A stretch of 64,000 bases of DNA from an uncultured Muribaculaceae bacterium (lineage in GTDB: Bacteria; Bacteroidota; Bacteroidia; Bacteroidales; Muribaculaceae), in the NCBI GenBank assembly GCA_947175145.1, contig CAMWLY010000001.1, positions 6,678-70,677 on the forward strand. Direction: 5' to 3'. Position 1 is the first letter of the stretch. Every line of letters begins with the position of its first letter. The position numbers and the translations under genes were made by a program. Below the pieces are notes generated by a model, which was not told the DNA's origin, made no database searches, and was given only the letters and a program-made list of their open reading frames with translations. Positions 56,464-64,000 of this stretch are shown here, one piece after another.

Positions 56464-56511
56464 AAATATAGCAAGGGCACCGGTGATAGACCGTATGCCC
56501 TTGCTATATTT
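56464..56511 (-). terminator. Very strong 16-bp perfect hairpin downstream of fabH (terminator and/or era promoter element)
   Basis: AAATATAGCAAGGGCA (56464-56479) pairs with TGCCCTTGCTATATTT (56496-56511). The loop holds a further CGGT/ACCG pair. Both strands read TATATTTG (a TAnnTTTG match) at the stem end. Confidence 0.5.
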
Positions 56512-56544
56512 GCGGGTATTAGCGTAACACTTGCCGTGCGCGCG

Positions 56545-57543
56545 TTATTCAGGGTCGATACCCCAAATAAGATACATCGCACCCCAAGTGAAACCTGCAC
56601 CGAATGCGGTGAGCACTATTTTGTCACCCTTGTGGAGCTGATGCTTGTACTCATCAAGACATAAGGGAATAGATGCGGCTGAAGTGTTGCCGTAGTGCTG
56701 AATATTTACGAGCACTTTTTCTTCGGGCACTTTCATGCGGCCACCCACTGCCTCGATGATTCTGAGGTTCGCCTGATGAGGCACAAACCAATCGAGTTCA
56801 TCGACAGTCAGGTTATTGCGTTTCATCACTGAGAGTGATGAATTTAGCATATCGGTCACAGCATTCTTATATACAACTCTGCCGTCTTGATGTATAAAGT
56901 GTTCGCGCGCATCGATAGTTTCGTGGCTTGCGGGGCGAGCAGAGCCTCCGGCTTTCATAAGCAGGTTAGGCAGACCGGAGCCGTCCACATGGAATTCGCC
57001 ATCGATGATACCCACAGGTTCATCGGTGGGTTCCACGAGCACAGCTGCTGCGCCATCGCCAAACAGGGGGCATGTGGCGCGGTCTTCATAGTTGGTCATG
57101 GAGCTCATCTTTTCAGCGGCTACTACTATGACTTTCTTGTAAAGACCTGCCTGCACATAAGCGCGGGCATCCTGCAGGGTCACGATAAACCCGGCGCAGG
57201 CGGCCTGCACGTCATAACCGTATGCATGCTCCAAGCCTACCTCATGCATAATTACCGAGGCGGTTGAGGGAAACCGGTAATCAGGATTGGAGGTAGCGCA
57301 GATCAGAAGGTCTACTTCCTCCTTGGGGGTGCCGGTCTCAGCCAGCAGTTTCTCCACTGCCCGCGACCCCATGAAACTCGAGCCCTTAGTCTCGTCTTTG
57401 AGTATGCGGCGCTCTTTGATTCCCACTCGGGTGGTAATCCATTCGTCGTTGGTGTCGACCATTTGAGACAACATTTCATTGTCCAAAATGTCGGCGGGTA
57501 CATACGACGCTATACCGCTAATTTTGGCGTTGGCCATACTCAT
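56545..57543 (-). CDS. fabH: Beta-ketoacyl-ACP synthase III
   Basis: 332 aa. Active-site AACAGF, HQANLRI, GNTSAASIP. Confidence 0.95.
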   Translation of the reverse strand: MSMANAKISGIASYVPADILDNEMLSQMVDTNDEWITTRVGIKERRILKDETKGSSFMGSRAVEKLLAETGTPKEEVDLLICATSNPDYRFPSTASVIMHEVGLEHAYGYDVQAACAGFIVTLQDARAYVQAGLYKKVIVVAAEKMSSMTNYEDRATCPLFGDGAAAVLVEPTDEPVGIIDGEFHVDGSGLPNLLMKAGGSARPASHETIDAREHFIHQDGRVVYKNAVTDMLNSSLSVMKRNNLTVDELDWFVPHQANLRIIEAVGGRMKVPEEKVLVNIQHYGNTSAASIPLCLDEYKHQLHKGDKIVLTAFGAGFTWGAMYLIWGIDPE

Positions 57544-57590
57544 CTTCTTTTGGCCGGCCCGGGGGCTGGCGGTGTTCTGATGTTTCGGGT

Positions 57591-57764
57591 TTATTTCTCT
57601 ATCACCTGCTTACCACGATAGTAGCCGCACTCGGGGCATATTGTGTGGTAGATGTGCCATGCGCCGCAGTTGGGGCAAAGGGCAATGGTGGGAATCAGGG
57701 CCTTGTCGTGGGTGCGACGCTTCGCGGTCCGTGTGTGCGATTGTCTGCGTTTAGGATGTGCCAT
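57591..57764 (-). CDS. rpmF: 50S ribosomal protein L32 (below the ORF-track length cutoff)
   Basis: My own translation of the minus strand gives MAHPKRRQSHTRTAKRRTHDKALIPTIALCPNCGAWHIYHTICPECGYYRGKQVIEK, 57 aa. It has the L32 N-terminal signature and a CxxC...CxxC zinc ribbon, and sits in the canonical yceD-rpmF-fabH context. Confidence 0.9.
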   Translation of the reverse strand: MAHPKRRQSHTRTAKRRTHDKALIPTIALCPNCGAWHIYHTICPECGYYRGKQVIEK

Positions 57765-57825
57765 TTTTCTTTATTTCTTAGTTTTTTGTTCCTATATTTT
57801 TCTTTGGAATGCCGACCTGTTCCGG

Positions 57826-58278
57826 TCAGTCTCCTATTAGTTTCGTCATCTCCGGGTTGCACTCCCCATCTTCATGCACCCGCCTTATCGGCAATGCAAG
57901 CATCAGGGTGTCATAGATCACCGGTGCAATATCATATTCAAGCTGATCGTAGGGAAGCACTATAACTCCGTCTACTTCATCTGATGCCTCTTCGCCATAC
58001 TTCACCGTGATATTATAATCTGTATCAACAGGTATGCGCAATGGCTCCAGACAGCGGTCACATGCTACTTCAAGCCAGCCGTCAAATCCGAAACTGATCT
58101 TATAGCCTGCGGGCCGCTTCTCGATATCTACCGCCACATCTACATCAGCATCAAGCACTTCGTCGGCACCCATGTACTCAAACAACCCCTTGCCTACATG
58201 AAGGTCACGCTCGGTCACACCTTCGCCCAGTGAGCCAAGGTTTAACTCAAATGCCTTCTTATTGTATGATTCGTTCAT
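57826..58278 (-). CDS. yceD: YceD/DUF177 family protein
   Basis: 150 aa. CDRCLEPL motif, acidic composition, position directly upstream of rpmF. Confidence 0.85.
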   Translation of the reverse strand: MNESYNKKAFELNLGSLGEGVTERDLHVGKGLFEYMGADEVLDADVDVAVDIEKRPAGYKISFGFDGWLEVACDRCLEPLRIPVDTDYNITVKYGEEASDEVDGVIVLPYDQLEYDIAPVIYDTLMLALPIRRVHEDGECNPEMTKLIGD

Positions 58279-58375
58279 CTCTCAGTCCTTTAGTTTGGTC
58301 TAATGACAAAACACCGGGGGTTGCGCCGCTTATCGGTCTCGGCACCTCCTTTTAGCACTTTTTCAGCTTTTTTAG

Positions 58376-58447
58376 TACCTCCGAGGGGAATCGAACCCCT
58401 ATCTAAAGTTTAGGAAACTTCTATTCTATCCGTTGAACTACAGAGGC
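58376..58447 (-). tRNA. tRNA-Arg (anticodon CCT)
   Basis: Hand-folded cloverleaf. Acceptor GCCTCTG/CGGAGGT (G1-U72 wobble). D arm GTTC-AACGGATA-GAAT. Anticodon arm GAAGT-TTCCTAA-ACTTT. T arm AGGGG-TTCGATT-CCCCT. Discriminator A. No encoded CCA. Confidence 0.75.
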
Positions 58448-58477
58448 CATTACTAACGTTATGGCGCTATCAGTCCG

Positions 58478-58509
58478 CAAAATTAACAAATTATTGCGAA
58501 TTAACCAAA
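58478..58509 (-). promoter_or_regulatory. Predicted promoter of tRNA-Arg
   Basis: On the minus strand: TTTG (58509-58506), 20-nt spacer, TAATTTTG (58485-58478), about 30 nt upstream of the tRNA 5' end. Confidence 0.5.
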
Positions 58510-58587
58510 AGAATTTATTTTCACTGTAATCGGCGGATTCCGGCTTAAATGTGGGATAAATGGAATTTATTTATTTAATTTGCCTGT

Positions 58588-59538
58588 ATGAACCAATCTA
58601 TGAAGCTCGCGATAGTAGTGCCATGTTTCAATGAAGTGGAGGTGCTCCCTCTTTCGGCACCTCGACTGCGTGAAGTGGTCGACATTATGGTAGCGCAAAA
58701 TCTCATCAGTGCGGAGTCTTTCATTCTCTTTGTCAATGATGGGAGCCGCGATGCCACATGGACCGCTATCCGCGGCCTTCACGCCGGGTGGCCCGCATTT
58801 CGCGGCCTTGACCTCTCTAAAAATGTAGGTCAGCAGAATGCAACTATCGCCGGTATGGAACTCGCCGTAGATCAGGGAGCTGATGCCGTGGTGACTATTG
58901 ATGCCGATCTTCAGGATAATCCGGAGGATATTATCAAGATGGTGAGGCTCTTTCTCGAGGGTAACGATGTGGTCTATGGTGTTCACTCTGCGCGAGATAC
59001 AGACTCCTTTATGAAGCGGTTTACCGCCGATGCTTTCTATAAACTTCAGCGGAAACTCGGCACAGAGTCGGTTTACAATCACTCCGAGTTCAGGCTTATG
59101 AGTGCCAGAGTGATAAGGGAATTTGCCAAGTATGGCGAACGAAACATGTATCTGCGCGGCATTATTCCTCTTATCGGTTATGATTCCGCGATACTTAACT
59201 GCGAGCGACACCCGAGACTGGCCGGGACCACCAAATATTCCTACCGTAAACTCACCGGAATTGCCCTCGATGCGATAACATCATTTTCGGAGAAACCGAT
59301 ATTTATGATTCTCACTCTCGGTATCATCTTTGTGGCTATTGCTGTCGGTATCGGAATCTATGTGGCTGTGTCATTATGGCATGGTATTGCCGTGCACGGC
59401 TGGGCATCGACCATGCTTTCGATTTGGCTTGTAGGGGGGCTTAATCTTCTTGCCACCGGTCTTGTCGGCACATACGTGGGAAAAATCTATATCGAATCAA
59501 AGCATCGCCCTCGCTATCATATCAAGGATAAAATCTAA
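58588..59538 (+). CDS. Family 2 glycosyltransferase, polyprenol-phosphate sugar transferase type (GtrB/ArnC-like)
   Basis: 316 aa. IVVPCFNE, NDGSRD, DADLQD, two C-terminal TM helices. Confidence 0.9.
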   Translation: MNQSMKLAIVVPCFNEVEVLPLSAPRLREVVDIMVAQNLISAESFILFVNDGSRDATWTAIRGLHAGWPAFRGLDLSKNVGQQNATIAGMELAVDQGADAVVTIDADLQDNPEDIIKMVRLFLEGNDVVYGVHSARDTDSFMKRFTADAFYKLQRKLGTESVYNHSEFRLMSARVIREFAKYGERNMYLRGIIPLIGYDSAILNCERHPRLAGTTKYSYRKLTGIALDAITSFSEKPIFMILTLGIIFVAIAVGIGIYVAVSLWHGIAVHGWASTMLSIWLVGGLNLLATGLVGTYVGKIYIESKHRPRYHIKDKI

Positions 59539-59566
59539 GTTCCCAATATTGGTTAATGCCGGGAGC

Positions 59567-60427
59567 CTAAGGCTTGAAATCGGGGAAGAGTTCAAGCAGT
59601 TCGGTCATGATATTGGCAGCTTCGGGATCGCCAAGTTCAGCGGCAAGAGCATAGCTGGCATTACCTTTGGCGAAGTCATATTCAGTGCCCAAGCCGCGCG
59701 AATATGCATGTCCGAGCAGTGTGTATGCTCCGGCAAGCTGAGGACTGCGCTCGGTGATTGCTTTCAGGTATTCCACAGCTGCGGTGTAGCCTCCCAAATC
59801 CCACAGCTCTTTGGCGCGCTGATATTTTCCCTCATCGCTCATCAGCCGGATGCCGGGACCTTCGAGATTGAGCAGATGCAATTGTGCATCGCGCAGGCCG
59901 GAGGCCAGTGCTTCCGAGTAGAGTGCCGAGGCAGCCGCTGAATCTCGGCGCACAATTCTCCCTTCAGCCATGAGATTTCCCATAAGCACCCGGGCCTGTG
60001 GTAAATCGGCGGCTACAGCTTTGCGGAGCCATGGCAGTGCGGTGGTATCGGGAAGAAGACGATATGCCAGATTGTAAGCCCCTTTGGCATCGCCGGTAGC
60101 GGCGGCTTTGCCAAGCCAATAGATAGAGGAATCCGCAGATTGGGGCAGAATCACACCTTCGCCGTATAGGTATCCCAGATAATTCATGGCAGCCGGATGC
60201 CCGGCTTCGGCTGCGCTGCGCACTAACTGCATGGCCCTCGTAGTATCAGGCGCTATGGTGTCGAAACCGCGCTCGAGAACACCGGCCATGCGCCATTGGG
60301 CATCTGAATCGCCGGCTTCCGCCCTGCGCTCAAGTGACTGCCATGACTTGAGCATCTCGGGTGGCATAGCCATAGATACTCCGATAGTCAGAGCAGCAGC
60401 TGCAAAGATTGTGACAAGTGTTCTCAT
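59567..60427 (-). CDS. Secreted Sel1-like repeat (SLR/TPR) protein
   Basis: 286 aa. Signal peptide. Repeats such as AAEAGHPAAMNYLGYLYGEG and AAATGDAKGAYNLAY. The start overlaps the stop of the upstream response-regulator gene (ATGA). Confidence 0.8.
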   Translation of the reverse strand: MRTLVTIFAAAALTIGVSMAMPPEMLKSWQSLERRAEAGDSDAQWRMAGVLERGFDTIAPDTTRAMQLVRSAAEAGHPAAMNYLGYLYGEGVILPQSADSSIYWLGKAAATGDAKGAYNLAYRLLPDTTALPWLRKAVAADLPQARVLMGNLMAEGRIVRRDSAAASALYSEALASGLRDAQLHLLNLEGPGIRLMSDEGKYQRAKELWDLGGYTAAVEYLKAITERSPQLAGAYTLLGHAYSRGLGTEYDFAKGNASYALAAELGDPEAANIMTELLELFPDFKP

Positions 60428-61965
60428 TTCGGTGTCAGTGTGACAAGCGGCACAAGCATCTCCTGAAGCGATATGCCGCCATGCTGGAATGTGCCGGTAT
60501 AATACTGCACATAGTAGTTATAATTATTGGGATATGAGAAGAAATCTTCATTGAGGGCGAAGATAAATGTAGAAGAAAGATTGGGGGCTGGCAAGCCGAA
60601 CTTCACCGGTTGTTTCATCTCATATACCTGACGCGGATTATAATTGAGGTTTTTGCCGCATTTATATCGCAGATTGGTGGTGGTGTTGCGGTCGCCGATT
60701 ACCTTGATGGGATTGTCCACACGGATTGTGCCATGGTCGGTGGTCAGAACTACTTTATAACCGAGTTCGGCGAGCCTGCGGAATATATTGACCGAGCCTG
60801 AATGCCGGAACCAGGATTCGGTAATCGAGCGATAAGCGGCATCATTGCCCGCCAATTCCCGAATCATCTTGGATTCCGTGCGCGCATGCGACAGCATGTC
60901 GATAAAATTGAGAACAATCACCTGAAGCGGCAGTTCCTTGTTGCTGTTGAGCTGACGGAGCATCTTTTCGGCGCCGGTGGAATCATTGAGTTTCGAGTAT
61001 GAGAATTTCTCCTTGCGGCGGAACCTGTCGAGCTGGGTCTGCACAAGTTCGGCTTCATGCACATTGAGTCCTTCATCTTCATCTTCCTCAACCCAGAGTT
61101 GCGGATACATCTTTTTGATTTCAACCGGCATCAGCCCGGCGAAGATGGCATTGCGCGCGTATTGGGTTGAAGTGGGCAGAATGGTGGTATATAAATCTTC
61201 CTGGATATTGAAATATTCAGACACAAGACTTTGAAGCACTTTCCACTGGTCGAGGCGGAAATTATCTATCAGAAAGAAGCACACTTTCTCCCCGCGGTCG
61301 AGCATCGGGAATACCTTGCGGCGGAATATCTCATGGCTCATGAGGGGGTGATTATCGGTGGTGACCCAATCTTCATAGTTGCGTTTCACAAACTTGCAGA
61401 AGTTGGAATTGGCATCGCGTTTCTGCATGAGAAGCATCTCTTCCATAGGGCTTTCGGTTTCAGAGAGGGTCATCTCCCAGCGCACAAGCTGGCGGTATAT
61501 CTCCATCCAGTCTTCGACAGATGCCGCCGAATTTATAAGCATGGATATCCGGCCGAACTCCTGCTGATAATCCGATGATGTCTGTGAACTCACAATCTCG
61601 CGTGAATGCAGGTTTTTCTTTATCGAAAGCAGAATCTGCTTCGGATTGACAGGCTTTATGAGATAATCCGCAATTCGGTTACCGATGGCCTGATCCATAA
61701 GATTCTCCTCTTCCGATTTGGTAATCATCACCACAGGCACATCAGGGTGCTTCTGCTTGATGAGGTCGAGAGTTTCCAGTCCGGATATGCCCGGCATATT
61801 CTCATCAAGAAGCACCAGCGAGAAGTTGTCGGTATCGAGGGTATCGAGTGCATCGCGACCGTTGGACACGGTTGTAACTTCATATCCCTGAGCTTTCAGA
61901 AAGAGTATATGCGGTTTGAGGAGGTCGATTTCATCGTCGGCCCATAGTATTCGGTCGTTGGTCAC
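60424..61965 (-). CDS. porX: PorX-type response regulator: CheY-like receiver fused to a PglZ (alkaline-phosphatase superfamily) domain
   Basis: 513 aa. Receiver ILWADDEIDLLKPHILFLKAQGYEV...LVLLDENMPGISGLE. PglZ-like FLIDNFRLDQW and ILPTSTQYARNAIFAG. Length and architecture match PorX as I recall it. Confidence 0.75.
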   Translation of the reverse strand: MTNDRILWADDEIDLLKPHILFLKAQGYEVTTVSNGRDALDTLDTDNFSLVLLDENMPGISGLETLDLIKQKHPDVPVVMITKSEEENLMDQAIGNRIADYLIKPVNPKQILLSIKKNLHSREIVSSQTSSDYQQEFGRISMLINSAASVEDWMEIYRQLVRWEMTLSETESPMEEMLLMQKRDANSNFCKFVKRNYEDWVTTDNHPLMSHEIFRRKVFPMLDRGEKVCFFLIDNFRLDQWKVLQSLVSEYFNIQEDLYTTILPTSTQYARNAIFAGLMPVEIKKMYPQLWVEEDEDEGLNVHEAELVQTQLDRFRRKEKFSYSKLNDSTGAEKMLRQLNSNKELPLQVIVLNFIDMLSHARTESKMIRELAGNDAAYRSITESWFRHSGSVNIFRRLAELGYKVVLTTDHGTIRVDNPIKVIGDRNTTTNLRYKCGKNLNYNPRQVYEMKQPVKFGLPAPNLSSTFIFALNEDFFSYPNNYNYYVQYYTGTFQHGGISLQEMLVPLVTLTPK

Positions 61966-61987
61966 GGTGTGTCTGTTTAGTGATTAA

Positions 61988-64000
61988 TTACTGAGCCTCA
62001 GGCTCGCTTGTCATCTCTTCTTGCCGAGTATTTTCTTCCGGTTCCGGTTCGCTGACCGGTTCTTCCTCAGGATTTTCCTGCACTTCAGCCCCCTCTTCTT
62101 CATCGGGGATTGCATCTCCGATAATATCATCGGGGAGTGCGGCGCCGGCTTCTATTACCGCCTGCTCTATCGCATCGGGAGCGGTATCCTCTTCGAAACG
62201 GAAGTACTCTTCAAAAGAACGCCCTTCGCGGAGCAAGAGTTCAAAGTTAGGTTTGCTTATCATCACTGGTCGAACTCCGGCCGGGAGCTCAAATCCGCGT
62301 TCCGACATCACGGACCTGTAATGCTCGAGCTGTCTCATATTGGCGAAGCCCTTGATTACCAGCAGACCGACATTGCCGAAGCTCATCGGCTCAAGATCGA
62401 AATCCTGCACCACAAATGAGCTGAAGTTGAAGCGGGCCACATCATAAAGCAGCCGGTTCGCGCTCACAGAGTCGCGCGGGAATACCAGCACAAAATATTG
62501 AGGTGATTTGGGATCGCGTTCGAAAGCTGCCGGCTGGCCGTCGGCCTGTGCCAATGTAGAGTCATTGGTAAGTCTCATTTCCCAGAGCATACCCCTCTGG
62601 TTCGAAAGTCCGGCTTTGGGAGTGCGCCCGGCCTTTAGACCACGAAGTATTCCACCGGCCATGTCGGTCATATCGGTATCCGGGTAGCGCTCGAGCAGTG
62701 AGGTCAGTTTCTCCTTGAATACTTCGGTATTATCTTCTGTCAGATATGACAGCGCGTCGATAAAGATGAATTTCGGCAATATCGGAGAGAGAGGATACTC
62801 GCTTTCCATATTCGAAGTCAGTGAGTGCACGGTGCGGTTATCATTGTTGAGATAAGCATCGTAGGCTTTTACATACAAATCCTCCTGCACCTTATTCATG
62901 CGGCGCAGATTATCGAAATAAGCCGGGTCGGTCATCGCTTTGCCGTAGGGCGAATCGGGGAAATCCGAGATTATCAGCTGTCGCCATTTCTCGGCATTGG
63001 CTTTATCATTCTGACGGACCGCCATAAGATACATGTTATAGTATACATCAAGGCGGTAGATATTGTCGGGATACCGTGAAAGCAGGCGGTTGAATTCCTT
63101 GCGCGAGGCTGTGTAGTCCTCAAGCTTATCTTTCAGAATCACACCCTCGTTGTATAATCCCTCCTGCACCACATCGTTGGCAGTGGCGATTTCCTCTTCG
63201 GTTTTTGGAATCTGACTCAGGTAATACTCCGGGTTCGCGGGGTCGGCGGCGGCTTCCATCTTCTCCTTGGCTTTCTCTTTCTCCTCTGGCGATAAATCAT
63301 CTTCACCCTCGGTTCGGGTGTCATCATCGGCAGTATCATCATCGTCAGACATGGAGAAGGTGGTTTTGTTGCGTCTGCGCCAGTCATCTTCAAGTTTACG
63401 AGAACCCCAGCGGCGCTGGAATTCCGTCTTACCCTGATTTTTAGTCATGGTGTTATAGAAATACCACGACTTGTCGGAGTTGGCCATAAATCCCTGCGAC
63501 GGTCCCTGGTCTTTATTTATATTGTCTTGTCCGCGGCCCTCCTGCTCGGCGAGATAGGCTGCGCGTTGCTCCTCTTCAGCTGCTTTTTTCTGCGCATCCG
63601 CATACTCTTTGGCGAGTCTGTCGGCGACCGCCTGCTGCTCTTCGGGAGTCATGGCGGCCAGTGTGAGAAGTGAGTCCTGCAGCTCCACATTGCCGGCGTA
63701 TGTGGCCAGTTCGTCGAGCACGTCACTGCGCAACTTCAGGGTTTTGTAATCCGGATAACTCTCCGGCAGCTGAGGAATAGCCTCCGAATAGCAGGGCTGT
63801 GCTTTCACATATTCCCCCTGTTCGAAATATAAGTTGCCGAGTGCCAACTGAGCTAGAGCCTTGTCGATACCGTTGCGAGTGGATTTCTCTACCGCAAGCA
63901 GATAATTTTCGAGCGCATGCACGGTATCCTTGCGAGAAAGATAGAGGTTACCGATGGCATAATATATCTGGTCCTGGAACTCGGAGTTGCGCGCATATCG
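61988..64000 (-). CDS. Large TPR-repeat protein with acidic C-terminal tail (N-terminus outside window)
   Basis: The frame stays open beyond the GTG at 63922 to the right edge (...YYAIGNLYLSRKDTVHALENYL...). TPR-like helices. The C-terminal ~60 aa are E/P rich. Confidence 0.7.
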   Translation of the reverse strand, partial: RYARNSEFQDQIYYAIGNLYLSRKDTVHALENYLLAVEKSTRNGIDKALAQLALGNLYFEQGEYVKAQPCYSEAIPQLPESYPDYKTLKLRSDVLDELATYAGNVELQDSLLTLAAMTPEEQQAVADRLAKEYADAQKKAAEEEQRAAYLAEQEGRGQDNINKDQGPSQGFMANSDKSWYFYNTMTKNQGKTEFQRRWGSRKLEDDWRRRNKTTFSMSDDDDTADDDTRTEGEDDLSPEEKEKAKEKMEAAADPANPEYYLSQIPKTEEEIATANDVVQEGLYNEGVILKDKLEDYTASRKEFNRLLSRYPDNIYRLDVYYNMYLMAVRQNDKANAEKWRQLIISDFPDSPYGKAMTDPAYFDNLRRMNKVQEDLYVKAYDAYLNNDNRTVHSLTSNMESEYPLSPILPKFIFIDALSYLTEDNTEVFKEKLTSLLERYPDTDMTDMAGGILRGLKAGRTPKAGLSNQRGMLWEMRLTNDSTLAQADGQPAAFERDPKSPQYFVLVFPRDSVSANRLLYDVARFNFSSFVVQDFDLEPMSFGNVGLLVIKGFANMRQLEHYRSVMSERGFELPAGVRPVMISKPNFELLLREGRSFEEYFRFEEDTAPDAIEQAVIEAGAALPDDIIGDAIPDEEEGAEVQENPEEEPVSEPEPEENTRQEEMTSEPEAQ

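Noticed and set aside
60424-61965. PglZ domain as a marker of a BREX/phage-defence system.
   Set aside because: The PglZ domain is fused to a CheY receiver in the PorX architecture. No pglX methyltransferase, brxC ATPase, brxL or other BREX genes are nearby, and the neighbours are TPR/SLR proteins.
1-64000. Searched for mobile elements, defence islands, toxin-antitoxin pairs, rRNA operons and prophage remnants.
   Set aside because: I found no integrase, transposase, recombinase, restriction or cas-like motifs in any listed ORF. The single tRNA is not flanked by direct repeats, and gene content is core metabolism and envelope biogenesis throughout.

Overview
Chromosomal, mostly housekeeping segment. 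Gene content and repeated TTTG / TAnnTTTG promoter boxes point to a Bacteroidota (Bacteroidales-like) genome. I call about 50 CDS, one tRNA-Arg(CCT) and a missed 57-aa rpmF. I see no rRNA, CRISPR array, integrase, transposase or prophage. Confident core genes: polA, nadA, bioB, prfB, mgtE, mutS, lpxB, pckA, lysS, gpsA, pgi, recA, der, era, fabH, rpmF, yceD. Observations worth a second look: (1) a 5-alpha-reductase / OYE flavin reductase / SDR operon (13.9-16.8 kb) with its own promoter, resembling the bile-acid A-ring (isoalloLCA-type) clusters reported in gut Bacteroidota. (2) A long AT-rich divergent region (12.0-12.6 kb) next to an orphan 414-aa protein, holding an isolated GC-rich double hairpin and three TTGAT/ATCAA palindromes. 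(3) A DnaA-box cluster plus an AT-rich tract upstream of nadA (possible oriC or DnaA-regulated site). (4) Three tandem heptanucleotide arrays lying between stop codons and terminators (pckA/aminotransferase and pgi). (5) An envelope module of TPR lipoprotein, beta-barrel and a small protein that looks like an FtsH-type M41 domain with a destroyed HEXXH motif. (6) A translationally coupled TPR - PorX-type (receiver+PglZ) - Sel1-repeat operon. (7) A 12-kb non-canonical envelope glycan/acylation locus around lpxB. All functional assignments come from reading motifs by eye; no database search was run.
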